A DNA stretch of 64,000 nucleotides from an uncultured Acidimicrobiia bacterium (lineage in GTDB: Bacteria; Actinomycetota; Acidimicrobiia; Spongiisociales; UBA5794). The position numbers and the translations under genes were made by a program. The notes under the pieces were generated by a model that worked only from the letters and a program-made list of their open reading frames with translations, was not told the DNA's origin and searched no databases. The stretch is taken from NCBI GenBank assembly GCA_963812375.1, contig CAWEUW010000009.1:194240-258239 (forward strand). The letters are read 5' to 3'. Positions 20,877-31,702 of the stretch are shown here, piece by piece. Within the stretch, counting starts at the first letter, position 1. Each line of letters opens with the position of its first letter.

Positions 20877-22065
20877 CAGGCCACCACCCCCAGCTCACGG
20901 CCGACGTCGGTGAAGGCGGCGACGGCGCGGTCGAGATGCTCGACGGTGTGCGCCGCCGACATCTGGGTGCGGATCCGCGCCTCCCCCGGGGCACCACCGG
21001 GAACGAGAACCCGATGACGTAGATGCCCCGTTGGAGGAGACGGTCGGCCATCTCTCCGGCGAGGGTGGCGTCACCCAGCATGACCGGGATGATCGGGTGC
21101 CCGGCGCCGGCGAGGGTGAAGCCGGCCGCTTCCATGCCCTGGCGGAAGTGGGCGGCGTTGGCGGCGAGCCGGTCGCGCAGCTCGCTGGATCCGGACACCA
21201 TCTCCAGCGCCTTGAGCGTGGCGCCGGCGATCATCGGGGCCAGGGTGTTCGAGAAGAGGTAGGGCCGGGAGCGCTGGCGCAGCCACTCGACGATCTCCGC
21301 CCGTCCCGACGTGTACCCGCCCGACGCCCCGCCCAGTGCCTTCCCCAGGGTGCCGGTGACGATGTCGACCCGGTCGGCCAGCCCGTGCAGGTCAGGGGTG
21401 CCGCCGCCGTGCGGGCCCATGAACCCGACGGCGTGGGAGTCGTCCACCATGACCATGGCGTCGTGCCGGTCGGCCAGCTCGCAGATCGCCGGCAGGTCGG
21501 CGACGATCCCGTCCATGGAGAAGACCCCGTCGGTGGCGATCAGCCGGAACCGGGCGCCGGCCGCCGCCTCGAGCTGCCGCTCCAGGTCGGCCATGTCGTT
21601 GTTGGCGTACCGGAACCGCTGAGCCTTGGACAGCCGCACCCCGTCGATGATCGAGGCGTGGTTGAGGGCGTCCGAGATGACGGCGTCCTCCTCGCCGAGC
21701 AGGGTCTCGAAGAGCCCGCCGTTGGCGTCGAAGCACGACCCGTAGAGGATGGTGTCCTCGGTGCCGAGGAAGTCGCTCAACGCCGCTTCCAGCCGGCGGT
21801 GGACGGCGTGGGTGCCGCAGATGAACCGCACCGACGCCATGCCGTAGCCGTAGTCGGCAACCGCCGCCCCGGCCTCCTCGATCAGCGCAGGATGGTCGGC
21901 CAGCCCCAGGTAGTTGTTGGCGCACAGGTTGACCACCTCGGAGCCGTCTTCCAGGGTGATCACGGCGTCCTGGCGGCTGGAGATCGTCCGCTCCGCCTTG
22001 TAGAGCCCGTCCTCGTGGAGCTGCTCGGTCTGGCCGGCCAGGTGGTCGAGGAAACGTCGCGTCAT
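20876..22065 (-). CDS. kbl: glycine C-acetyltransferase (2-amino-3-ketobutyrate CoA ligase), 1 frameshift
   Basis: [30 protein letters not shown]...NYLGLADHP...DDSHAVGF...GTLGKALGG (PLP lysine). The natural C-terminus [24 protein letters not shown] requires one more C in the C5 run at 20983-20987. The stop overlaps the tdh ATG. Confidence 0.9.
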
Positions 22066-22175
22066 CGGCACCTCCGGTGTGAGAAGGATCGGCACCTCCG
22101 GTGCGAGGAGGCACGGCACCTCCGGTGCGGGAGGCAGGCACCTCCGGTGCAAGGAAGGTATGGCACCTCCGGCGC
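22066..22175 (-). repeat. five tandem copies (period 22-25 nt) of an SD-containing unit in the kbl-tdh leader
   Basis: On the plus strand, GGCACCTCCGGTG occurs at 22067, 22091, 22115 and 22137, with GGCACCTCCGGCG at 22162. In the sense strand each unit reads CACCGGAGGTGCC followed by CCTYC. The proximal copy supplies the kbl RBS (GGAGGTGCCG-ATG). Confidence 0.85.
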
Positions 22176-22233
22176 CGAGTCTATGGGCAAAGCACCCGCC
22201 GCCGGAGGCCCGGTGGATGAGCATGGGCGCCGG

Positions 22234-22755
22234 CTACACGCCGGCTCCGTGATGCTCCAGGAGCTTGGTCGCCAACTTCTCGCCCCAGCGCCGCGCCCGC
22301 GCCACCTCACCCTCGCCGAGCGGGCCGGTGATCCCGTCGACGAGGAACGACGTCGGGGGCACGGCGAGGTCGAAGCCGAGCTTGCGCAACCTGCGGGCGG
22401 CAGCGCCCGAGGCGCTCCCGGGCATCCACGGCTTGTCGACCTTGGTGTCGAACGCCGCCGCCGCCGCTCCCTTGTTCTTCGCCAGACCACCGAGCCACTC
22501 CCTGATCCCGGGGCCGCGGCTCACCAGCGGCTCGTCGGTGTGCTCGGTGGCCGACTCGCGCGTCTGCGGCCGGCTCATCCCGAGGGCGTGGGTGGGGCCG
22601 CCGACCACGAGGAGGTCGACGCCGGCGAGCACCGCGGGCGCTTCGCCCACCTCGACCAAGCTCGGTGTCGACGGTGCCGCCGAGTCCTTCGCCGACGGCC
22701 TCGGCGATCTGCCGGGTGTTGCCGAACATCGACTCGTACACGATCAGCGCCTTCA
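22234..22755 (-). CDS. flavodoxin-family protein, 1 frameshift
   Basis: MKALIVYESMFGNTRQIAEAVGEGLGG (frame of 22307..23374) joins VEVGEAPAVLAGVDLLVVGGPTHALGMS... (ORF 22234..22659) near 22660. Confidence 0.7.
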
Positions 22756-22853
22756 TGGCTGTCTCCTCGGGTTCCGGGATCTCACTCGTCGAGCATGTGA
22801 CCGCGGCGCCGGCGCCCGCCAGGGCCGAATGTCCCTCCGGGTAACGTCCCGCC

Positions 22854-24029
22854 GTGCAAGCCGCCCGTCGCCTCCTCGGGCTCGCCACCGTCCTCACCCT
22901 GGTGCTGGCGATGCCGCTCACCTCCAGCGGGGTCGCCTGGCCCTCCATGGCGGGCGACCTGGCGATGCCGGTGGGCCAGCTCGGGCTGCTCATCGCCGTG
23001 TCGGTCGGCGGCTTCCTGGTCTCGACCCTGTCGAGCGGGTCGGTGGCGGCGCGCATCGGTCCCGGCCCGATGCTGCGTTGGGCGGCGGCGCTCGCCGCGG
23101 TCGGCATCGCCGGCCAGGCGCTGGCGCCCAACCGGGCGGTGCTGCTCGCGTCCGTGCTCGTCCTCGGGTTCGCCGCCGGGTACCTGGAGGCCGGCACCAA
23201 CACCCACGTCACCTTGCGCCACGGGGCGCGGGGGATGGGGATGCTCCATGCCGGGTACGGGATCGGGGCCGCCCTCGGCCCGCTGTTCTTCACGACCCTC
23301 ATCTCCGCCGGCGTCTCGTGGCGGTGGGGGTTCGCCGGGTTGGCCGTCGTGCAGGTCGCCGTCGTGGTGCTCATGTCGGGTGCGACCTCGGGATGGGCGT
23401 CATCTCCGCCGCCGCCTGACGGGAACCGCCGATCGCGCCGTCTGCCCGGGTCGGCTTGGTGGGCGCTCGGCCTGTTCGTCCTCTACACCGGTTTCGAGGT
23501 CGGCGCCGGTCAGTGGGCGTTCACGCTGTTCACCGAGGGCCGCGGGCTGACCGCGGCCGTCGCCGGGCTGGCGGTGACCGGCTTCTACGGCGCCCTGACC
23601 GCCGCTCGGCTCCTGCTCACCGGGCTCGGCGACCGGCTCCCCGCGCCCCAACTGTCGACCGGCTCGGCGGTCGTCGCCGTCGTCGCCATGGCGGTCGTTT
23701 GGTGGTCGCCGGCGCCCTGGGTCGGCCCGGCGGCGCTGGTGGTGTGCGGCTTCTCGATGGGACCGATCTTCCCGCTGCAGATGCTGCTGACCCCGGGGCG
23801 GACCGGCACCGGGGGTACCGCCAACATGGTCGGCTACCAGATGGCCGCCGCCTCGCTCGGCGCCAGCCTCGTGCCCGGGCTGATCGGCCTCCTGGTAGGC
23901 CCGTTCGGTGTGCCCGTGGTCGCCCCGGTGCTGGTGGCCACCGGGACGGCGATGGTGCTGGTCGACTTGAGGCTGCGCACCGCCGCCGTGTCCATCGCGC
24001 CCACCACCCCGGTGCCGGGGGGTGGCTGA
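22854..24029 (+). CDS. MFS transporter
   Basis: Intact 391-aa ORF with about 12 hydrophobic segments and MFS-like loops. Confidence 0.85.
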   Translation: MQAARRLLGLATVLTLVLAMPLTSSGVAWPSMAGDLAMPVGQLGLLIAVSVGGFLVSTLSSGSVAARIGPGPMLRWAAALAAVGIAGQALAPNRAVLLASVLVLGFAAGYLEAGTNTHVTLRHGARGMGMLHAGYGIGAALGPLFFTTLISAGVSWRWGFAGLAVVQVAVVVLMSGATSGWASSPPPPDGNRRSRRLPGSAWWALGLFVLYTGFEVGAGQWAFTLFTEGRGLTAAVAGLAVTGFYGALTAARLLLTGLGDRLPAPQLSTGSAVVAVVAMAVVWWSPAPWVGPAALVVCGFSMGPIFPLQMLLTPGRTGTGGTANMVGYQMAAASLGASLVPGLIGLLVGPFGVPVVAPVLVATGTAMVLVDLRLRTAAVSIAPTTPVPGGG

Positions 24030-24059
24030 GCCGCGTTCCCGGCACGGCGTGCGAGCCGG

Positions 24060-26727
24060 GTGATGGTTGAATCGCCCTCTGGCGGAACCGTCGAGGAGCC
24101 CATGAGCCGCGTCCCACTGCCGACCGGCACCGTGACCTTCGTCTTCACGGACATCGAAGGCTCGACCCGGCTCGTCCAGACCCTCGGGGAGGCATGGGTT
24201 GGCGCTCTCGACGACCACAACCGGCTGGTGCGGCAGGCGATCGAGGACCGGGGCGGCACCGTGGTCAAGACCGAGGGGGACGCCTTCTTCGCGGTGTTCC
24301 CTGCTGCCGCCGACGCCGTGGTCGCCGCCGCCGACGCGCAGCGTGCTCTGGCCGCCCACCCGTGGCCGGAGGGGCTGGCCGTGCGGTCGCGCATCGGGGT
24401 GCACACCGGCACCGGGGTTCTCGGTGGCGACGACTACGTGGGAATCGACGTCCATCGGGCCGCTCGGATCGCCGCCGCCGCCCACGGCGGGCAGACGGTG
24501 CTCTCCGAGGCGACCGCGGTGCTGGCGGAGCGGGGGATCCCCGATGACCTGGCTCTGCGCGACCTGGGGAAGCACCGGCTCAAGGACCTGGCGCAACCGG
24601 AGGCGATCTTCCAGCTGGTCGTCCCCGGGCTGCAGGAGGAGTTCCCGGTCCTCAACACCCTCGATGCCATTCCGAACAACCTCCCAGCGATCGCCACCAG
24701 CTTCGTGGGGAGGGAAGACGAGCTGGCGGAGGCATTGCGGCTGCTCGAGGCAGACGCGGGTCCTCACCCTCACCGGGCCGGGGGGCACCGGGAAGACCCG
24801 ACTCGCCCTCCAGGTCGGCGCCGAGCTCGGGACCACCTTCCGCAACGGGGTGTTCTTCGTCGACCTCTCACCGGTGAGCGACGTCGACGTCGTCCCCACC
24901 CAGGTGCTGATATCCCTCGGGCTGCAGGCTCCGATCGGCACCCGGTCACCCACCGACGCCCTGCTCGAGCACCTCGCTGACAAAGAGGTGCTCCTCATCC
25001 TCGACAACTTCGAGCAGATCATCGGCGCCGCCCCGGTGGTGGCGGAACTGGCCCGGGTCTCGTCCCGATCCAAGTTCGTGGTCACCTCGCGGGGTCCACT
25101 CCACATCAGCGGCGAGCAGGAGATGCCGGTGCGCCCGCTCGGGGTGCCCGACGGCAGCGTGGAATCGCTCCTCGACGTCGATGCGGCGCGGCTGTTCGTG
25201 GAGCGGGCGATGGCGGTCCGGCCCGACTTCGAGCTGACCCAGGAGAATGCGGCGGCGGTCGCCGAGCTGGTTCGGCGGCTGGACGGGCTGCCGCTCGCCA
25301 TCGAACTGGTCGCCCCGCAGGTGCGCCTGCTGCCGGTCGGCACCATCGTGGAGCGGCTCGGCAACCGGATGCTGTCCTCCGGTGCGGTGGACCTCCCCGA
25401 ACGGCAGCGCACCATCGCCGGCGCCATCGACTGGAGCCATGACCTGCTCGACGAGCCGCATCGGACGCTCTTCTGGCGTCTCTCGGTGTTCTCCGGCGGC
25501 GGGGGCATCGAGGAGGTCGAGCAGGTGTGCGGCGGCGACGGGTCGTCGGACGTGCTCGAGGGACTGAGCGTCCTCCTCGACCAGAGCCTGATCTTCTCGG
25601 TGGAGCGCGAGGGCCGATCTCGCATCCGGATGCTGCAGGTGATCCGGCAGTACGCCGCCGAGCGCCTGGTCGAGTCGGGAGAAGCCGAGTCCATCAAGGC
25701 CGGGCACCTGGAGGTGTACACGGCGCTGGCCGAGGAGATGGCCGCCAACGTCCTCGGCCACGACCGCAAGCTCTATCTCGACCGGATCGCCGGCGACCAC
25801 GACAACGTCCGGGCAGCGAACGATTGGGCGGTGGAGGTTGGCGACACGGAGCGGGCGCTTCGGCTGACCGCGGCGATGTGGCGTTTCTGGCAGGCCCGAG
25901 GCCACCTCCTCGAGGCCCGGCGCCGTTTGGATGCGGCGCTCGCCATGCCGGGAGGGACGCTGGCGAGGAGGGCCAAGGCGACCGAGGCGCTCGGCGGGGT
26001 GTTGTGGTGGCAGGGCGGCGTCCAAGATTGCCTCGCCACGTACCGTCATGCCTTGGAGATGCAACGGCAGGTGGGCGATCCAGGCGAGATCGCCAACGCC
26101 CTCTACAACCTGGCCTTGGCGGTCGACTTCGCCAGCCCGGAGGGCGGCACCGGCGTGGCCGAGTCCGTCGCCATGCTGGACGAGGCGGAGGAGATCTACC
26201 GTCGACTGGGCGACGTCGGAGGCCTGGGCGACGTCGCCTGGGGAAGAGGCAACGCCTACCTCATCGACCGGGACTTCGCCAAGGCCGTCGAGCCGTTCGA
26301 GGCCAGCGTCGACTACTACGAGCAGGCGGGCAACGAGTTCGGGAGGGGCTGGGGGCTCTACGAGCTTGGTTTCGTTGCGATCCGCCGCGGCGACCTGGAG
26401 GCCGCCGGCAGGTACTTCCACGACGGCCTCTCGCTGTTCGCCGCTCACCACGACGAGTCGGCGGCGGTGATGTTCGTCGCCGGGCTGGCCGGACTTGCCC
26501 AGGAGCAGGGCGACGACGAGGAGAAGCTGCGGCTCGCCGGCGCCTTCCACAGCATGCGGATCACCACCGGGACCGATCTGGTCTCGTACACCATCAACCT
26601 GCCCCCTGGGCTGGAGTACGAGACCGTGGAGGCGCTCACCGGTGAGCAGGCCGAGTGGTACCGCCAGGGCAGGGCCATGGGGTACAACGAAGCCGTGGCC
26701 TACGCCCTCGCCTGCTGCGCTCCGTAG
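24060..26727 (+). CDS. class III adenylate/guanylate cyclase - NB-ARC/AAA (STAND) ATPase - TPR protein, 1 frameshift
   Basis: Cyclase core TVTFVFTDIEGSTRL...KTEGDAFFAVF...RIGVHTG (ORF 24060..24980). Walker A LTGPGGTGKTRLAL, GLPLAIELVA and long TPR-like helices (ORF 24199..26727). The frames join near 24750. No HTH is seen at the C-terminus. Confidence 0.8.
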
Positions 26728-26731
26728 GGAG

Positions 26732-27376
26732 TCACACGATCCGGCGGTCGGTGGCCCAGCGGGCGAGCTCGTGGCGGCTGGAGAGCTGCAGCTTGCGCAG
26801 CACCGCCGACACGTGGGTCTCCACCGTCTTCACCGAGATCGACAACCGGCGCGCCACCTGCTTGTAGGTGTGACCCCTGGCGATCTGTCGCAGGACCTCG
26901 CGCTCGCGGGGGGTGAGCTGGTCGAGCTCGGGATCCTCGGGACGGGGCAGGGCCCCGGCGAAGGCGTCGAGGACGAACCCGGCCAGCCGCGGCGAGAACA
27001 CAGCATCGCCCTCGGCGGTCCGCTCCAGGGCCTCGGCCAGCTCGTCGCCGGCGATGGTCTTGGTCACGTAACCGCGCGCACCGGCGCGGATCATGGCGAT
27101 CACGTCGTCGGGGGCGTCGGACACGGACAGGGCGAGGAAACGGACCTCCGGGTCGGCCTCGGCCACCCCGCGGATGACGGCGAGGCCGCCACCCCCGGGC
27201 ATGTGGACGTCGATGAGCACGATGTCGGGCGCCAGCCGGCGGATCGAAGCCACCGCGTCGTCGACGTCGCTCGCCCAACCGACCACGTCGAAGCCGTCCC
27301 GGTCGGACAGCTCGGCGCGCACCCCGGAGAGGAACAGCTCGTGGTCGTCGACCAGGAACACCCGAATGGGAGTCAT
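26732..27376 (-). CDS. NarL/LuxR-family response regulator
   Basis: Intact 214 aa with a receiver domain (VFLVDDHELF...DVHMPGGGG) and a LuxR HTH (LTPREREVLRQIARGHTYKQVARRLSISVKTVETHVSAVLRKL). Confidence 0.9.
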   Translation of the reverse strand: MTPIRVFLVDDHELFLSGVRAELSDRDGFDVVGWASDVDDAVASIRRLAPDIVLIDVHMPGGGGLAVIRGVAEADPEVRFLALSVSDAPDDVIAMIRAGARGYVTKTIAGDELAEALERTAEGDAVFSPRLAGFVLDAFAGALPRPEDPELDQLTPREREVLRQIARGHTYKQVARRLSISVKTVETHVSAVLRKLQLSSRHELARWATDRRIV

Positions 27377-28588
27377 GACCCCTCCAGCGGCATGGTGAGG
27401 TGGACCTCGGTGCCCTCGCCGGGCTCGCTGACGATGGCGGCGGCACCGCCGTGGCGTTGCATCCGCCCGATGACCGACTCACGGAGCCCGTGCCGGTCGG
27501 CGGGCAGCGTCGTGGAGTCGAACCCCACCCCCTGGTCGGTGACGAAGACCTCGAGCACCGCGCCATCCACCTCGGCGTACACCGACACCTTGCCGGTACC
27601 GGAGTGCCGGGCGGCGTTGGTCATCGCCTCGCCGGAAGCGGCCACCACCGCTTCGAGCCTCGGCCCCATCGCCAGGTCGCTGACGACCACCACCTCCACC
27701 GGGACGTCGGAGGCCTGCTCCACCCGGTCCGCCATCTCGTCGAGGGCGTCGGACAGCATCCGACCGTGCTCGGGATTCCGGCTGCCGTACAGCCAGGCAC
27801 GCAGCTCCCGTTCCTGGGAGCGCGCCAGGGTGGCCATCTTCCGTGGGTCGTCGGTCCTTTGGATCATGGCGAACGTCTGCAACACCGAGTCGTGGAGGTG
27901 GGCGGCCATCTCGGCCCGCTCCTCGGAGCGGATGCGGTCCCGTCGCTCCTCGGCCAGGTCGGTGGCCAGCCGCATCGCCCACGGGCCGAAGACCAGGAGC
28001 ACGCCGGCGCCGGTGATGCCGACGGCGAGGGCGATCGGGGCCAGGTCGGACACCCGGTAGCTGGCACCGATGAGCAGGGCCATGCCGGCGAGGATCACCG
28101 CCGCCCCGATGACGATGCGGAGCCGGCTCTGGTTGGTGTCGCCAACGGTCGAACCGCTGACGCTGCGGTCCCAGACCGCGGCGACGCCGAAGGCGATCAG
28201 GATGAGGGCGGCCAGTGCCGGGCCGTTGAGCCACGGGTCGGTGAGCTGGGCGGCGGCGACCGTCACCCCGGCGTACATCAAGTGCCAGCCCGAGCTTCTG
28301 CCGGGCGTCGATCGGGCTGCGCGCCAGGGTGACGCTCGGCGCCGTACCGGCGGAGAGGACGTACAGCACCGGGTAGAGCACCAGTCCCAGGCCGACGAGT
28401 GCCAACCCGACGAAGCCGGCGCGCACGTAGCCAGAGCCCATCCCGAGGCGGGCCGCCAACCCGCCGGCGACCCCGGTGACGACGCGATCATCGGTACTCC
28501 GGGTCAAGTACTCCCGGAGCCCGCTCCAGTTCTCGGCCCATTGCGGAGAGGCCGGCGGCGAGGTCGTCATCGGCCGCGATGGTGTCAC
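27373..28588 (-). CDS. PspC-domain sensor histidine kinase (HisKA_3-type), 1 frameshift
   Basis: N-terminal PspC motif LTRSTDDRVVTGVAGGLAARLGMGSGYVRAGFV (ORF 27479..28588). Kinase core MAAHLHDSVLQTFAMI...NAARHSGTGKVSV...DQGVGF (ORF 27373..28491). The frames join near 28290. Confidence 0.75.
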
Positions 28589-28702
28589 AGCGGCCGGTGG
28601 GCCACAACAGAGGGATCACCCTGGCCGCCCCGCCGTGATCTCAGGGACTGTCCAGGGTCATCCCCGATGGCGCGAACATCGCCGGCGACGCACATTGAGG
28701 GC

Positions 28703-30029
28703 ATGACCAACCACATGACCACGCAACGACCCGAGCACCGTCCCGCCCCCGGAGGCCTCACCCGGATCCAGGACGGCGCCATTCTCGGGGGCGTCGCCGG
28801 CGGGCTGGCTCGCCGGCTGGACGTCTCCCCGTCGTGGATCCGGCTCGGCTTCATCGTCACCGCCTTCTTCGGAGGGCTCGGGGCCCTGCTCTACCTGGTG
28901 GGGTGGCTGGCGATCCCCGAGGAAGGGGCGGACCAATCGGTGGCGGAGGACTTCCTGTCGAGCCGCAGTGGCTCCTCGGCCTGGCTGGGGATCGGGTTGA
29001 TCGTGGTGGCGGCGTGCCGTGCTCATCGGCGCCGCCGACCTCTTCAGCTTCCAGCTCGTCTTCGCCGCCGCACTGTTCCTGGCCGGTTTCCTGCTCTACC
29101 GGGGGCAGGCGGGGAAGGGATGCACCGACCCCCGGTGGGTCGCTCGCCGCCCGACGGCGAGACGCCGCCGCCGACGCCGACGGCCACGATGTCTGCCGGC
29201 CCCCCGGAGCCCGCCATCCCGGGCTGATCCCGCCGCAGACGGCCCCGGCATCGAACCGCATCGCCGGCTGCGGCGTCGTGGGTGTCTCCGGTGGTCGAGA
29301 CGTACCGCGAGCCGGCGGACAGCGCCGAAACCGTCACGTTCCCCCCGGCGGCACCGCCCGGCGCCACTCCACCGCCGCCGCCTCCCGTTGCCTTCGACCC
29401 GGTGCCGCCGCCGCCGAGCTCCGCAGTGCCGCTCCCGGCCCCGCTCCTACCTGGGCAGGCTGACCATTGCGGTGTTGCTGATCACGCTGGGGACGATGGG
29501 GCTGCTCCACACGGTGGGAAACGTCGACTTGGACCTGGGCGACTACTTCGCCGCCGGCTTCATCGTGATCGGCGCCGGCCTGCTGGTCGGCACCTTCTTC
29601 GGGCGAGCCCGCGGCCTGATCCTGGTCGGGGTGCTCGCCGCCCCGCTGCTGTTCGCCACCGCCGCCGTCCACATCCCGATCGGGGGGGAGTGGGGACAGG
29701 AGACCGTCGCTCCCGACCGGAGTGAGACGCTCCAGCCCGAGTACGAGCACGGGATCGGCGAGTTCACCCTCGACCTGACCCAGGTCGAGCTGAGGGAGGA
29801 CACCACCGTCGCCGTCGAGCAGGGCATCGGCCAGCTGCGGGTCGTCCTCCCCGACGATGCATCGGTGAGCATCGATGCCAACGTCGGCGCCGGCGCGATC
29901 ACCCTCTTCGGGGACGAGGAAGGCGGCTTCGACCACACCCGCACCTTCGAGAGCACCGTCGCCGGGCAACCGACCCTCCACCTCGACCTGGAAATGGGCG
30001 CCGGGCACATCGACATCACCGAGAACTGA
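28703..30029 (+). CDS. PspC-domain membrane protein with LiaF-like C-terminal domain (frame-disrupted)
   Basis: LTRIQDGAILGGVAGGLARRLDVSPSWIRLGFIVTAFFGGLGALLYLVGWLAIPEE (ORF 28070..29227). The C-terminal part GRLTIAVLLITLG...GIGQLRVVLPDDASVSIDANVGAGAITLFG...HLDLEMGAGHIDITEN (ORF 29019..30029). The middle Pro-rich part changes frame. Confidence 0.7.
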
Positions 30030-30040
30030 GAGGCCTCTTC

Positions 30041-30286
30041 ATGTACCGACATCCCTTCGACGCCATATCCTTCTTCTTCGGGCTGCTGTTCATCGCCGGC
30101 GCCCTCTCGGCGATCTTCGTTGACGATCCCTGGCCCTTCGACCGGGGCGGGGTGTGGGCGATCATGCTCATCGTCGGCGGACTGGCGCTGCTGATCGCCG
30201 CCGTGCGCCCCGGCGCCGACCGCGGGAGCGGTAGCCGTGGCCGACCCGTGTACAGACGGCCGGCGTGGCCGCCGACCCGCTGCTGA
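30041..30286 (+). CDS. small two-TM membrane protein of the PspC module
   Basis: MYRHPFDAISFFFGLLFIAGALSAIFVDDPWPFDRGGVWAIMLIVGGLALLIAAV. The acidic ORF 30265..30507 may be its C-terminal continuation through a frameshift. Confidence 0.5.
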   Translation: MYRHPFDAISFFFGLLFIAGALSAIFVDDPWPFDRGGVWAIMLIVGGLALLIAAVRPGADRGSGSRGRPVYRRPAWPPTRC

Positions 30287-30576
30287 GCCAGGCTCGGCGC
30301 GAGGTCGACGAGTACGTGGACCCGACCGTCCCGTCGGACGCGGCGACTGACGACGTGCCCACCGCCGAAGCGGTGGCCGACGATGCCGGCCCGGTCGCTG
30401 CCGAGCGCGACGGAGCCGTGACCGTCCAAGACGAGGCGGTGGACGGCGGGCAGCCGGGCGGCGGCGAGCCCGAGACCCCGGACGAGGCGAACCACGCCGG
30501 TCCGTGACCGACCGATCCGCTGCGGTCGGTGGCAGCGCCACCCGGGATCCCACCCGGGTGGCGCTACCGTTGCACT

Positions 30577-30971
30577 GTGGCCGACCTCGTCGCACTGCTC
30601 TCCGAACCGGGTGCCTCGGTCGCCGTGGTCGGCGCCACCGACAACCCGCCAAGTACGGCTCGGTCATCTACCGGGACCTGAAGGCGAAGGGATACACCGT
30701 CTACCCGGTGAACCTCCGCCGGTCCACCGTCGACGGTGACCCTGCCTACCCCGATCTGGCTGCGCTGCCGATCCGCCCCACGGTCATCGACATCGTGGTG
30801 CCACCCGACCAGACGATGAAGATCCTGGAGCAGGTGGTCGCCCTGGATCTCGACAACGTCTGGGTCCAACCCGGTGCCGAGGACCCCGAGGTGGAGCGGT
30901 TCATCGCCGCCAACGACCTGACCGCGGTGGTCAACGCCTGCATCATGGTGAGGACCCGCGAGACGGCATGA
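30577..30971 (+). CDS. CoA-binding domain protein (YccU-like), 1 frameshift
   Basis: GTG at 30577 gives VADLVALLSEPGASVAVVGATDNP. This joins AKYGSVIYRDLKAKGYTVYPVN...DIVVPP...VWVQPGAE (ORF 30504..30971) near 30645. Confidence 0.75.
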
Positions 30972-31702
30972 GCCCGGAACGTGGCTTCGGCAACGGCCAG
31001 CGCCGGATGCTGCTCATCCACGGCATCCTGTCGAACGCCAACGGGTGGTGGCGGCTCGGCCCCGACCTCACCGCCGCCGGGTACTCGGTGACTGCGCCCG
31101 ACCTACGGGCGCACGGTGACTCGCCGCCGGTGGACGACTACCGGCTCGACGCCTACCGCGACGACATCCTCGCCCTCGGCTCCGGTTGGGACGTGGTGCT
31201 CGGCCACTCGTTGGGCGGGCTGGTTGCGGTCGCCTGCCAAGTGGCCGACCCCGACTGGACCACGGCGCTGGTGCTCGAGGACCCGGCGCTGGTGCTGGCC
31301 GACTCCGAGCAGGTGCGGGGATGGCTGCTCGAGGACTTCGCCGGCCCGATCGACGTGGCGACCGTCGCCGCCCGGCACCCTGGCTGGGCACCCAGGGACG
31401 TGGCCGCCAAGGTGGAGGCGCTGCGCCAGGCGGGGCCCGAGGTGGTCGCCAGGACGCTGGGGGCGATCGGCTCGATCGACACCCGCCCGTGGCTCGCCGA
31501 GCTGGGGATCCCGACGCTGCTCATCGGCGCCGACCCTGCGGTCGGGGCCCTGGTGAGCGCGGCGGACGGCGAGGCGGCCGCCAGGCTGCCCGGCGTCGAC
31601 TACGTGATGATCCCGGGCGGGGAGCACTCGATCCACCGCAACCGCTACGAGGCGTTCCGTGACGTCCTGATGGATTGGTTGGACCGGCTCAGCCCCGGCT
31701 GA
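30968..31702 (+). CDS. alpha/beta-fold hydrolase
   Basis: Intact 244 aa with the nucleophile elbow GHSLGG, MLLIHGILSN and a C-terminal GGEHSIH. Confidence 0.85.
   Translation: MSPERGFGNGQRRMLLIHGILSNANGWWRLGPDLTAAGYSVTAPDLRAHGDSPPVDDYRLDAYRDDILALGSGWDVVLGHSLGGLVAVACQVADPDWTTALVLEDPALVLADSEQVRGWLLEDFAGPIDVATVAARHPGWAPRDVAAKVEALRQAGPEVVARTLGAIGSIDTRPWLAELGIPTLLIGADPAVGALVSAADGEAAARLPGVDYVMIPGGEHSIHRNRYEAFRDVLMDWLDRLSPG

Noticed and set aside
22066-22175. CRISPR array interpretation of the tandem repeats (also 38300-38447)
   Set aside because: The units are contiguous with no unique spacers of 25-40 nt, the repeat length is too short, and there are no cas genes in the window.
19882-22224. 780-aa minus-strand ORF
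   Set aside because: It is kbl (real down to about 20990) fused by the C5/C6 homopolymer shift to an out-of-frame reading across tdh. Its N-terminal PEVP repeats are just the translated leader repeats.
22066-22230. Glycine riboswitch or T-box in the kbl leader
   Set aside because: I could not find the conserved glycine-riboswitch cores or a T-box specifier/antiterminator. The whole leader is accounted for by the five short repeats.
23400-26550. Long minus-strand ORFs 23400..25769 (789 aa) and 24946..26550 (534 aa)
   Set aside because: Both are antisense to the MFS and cyclase-STAND genes, with Arg/Pro/Gly/Ser-rich shadow composition and no recognisable motifs.
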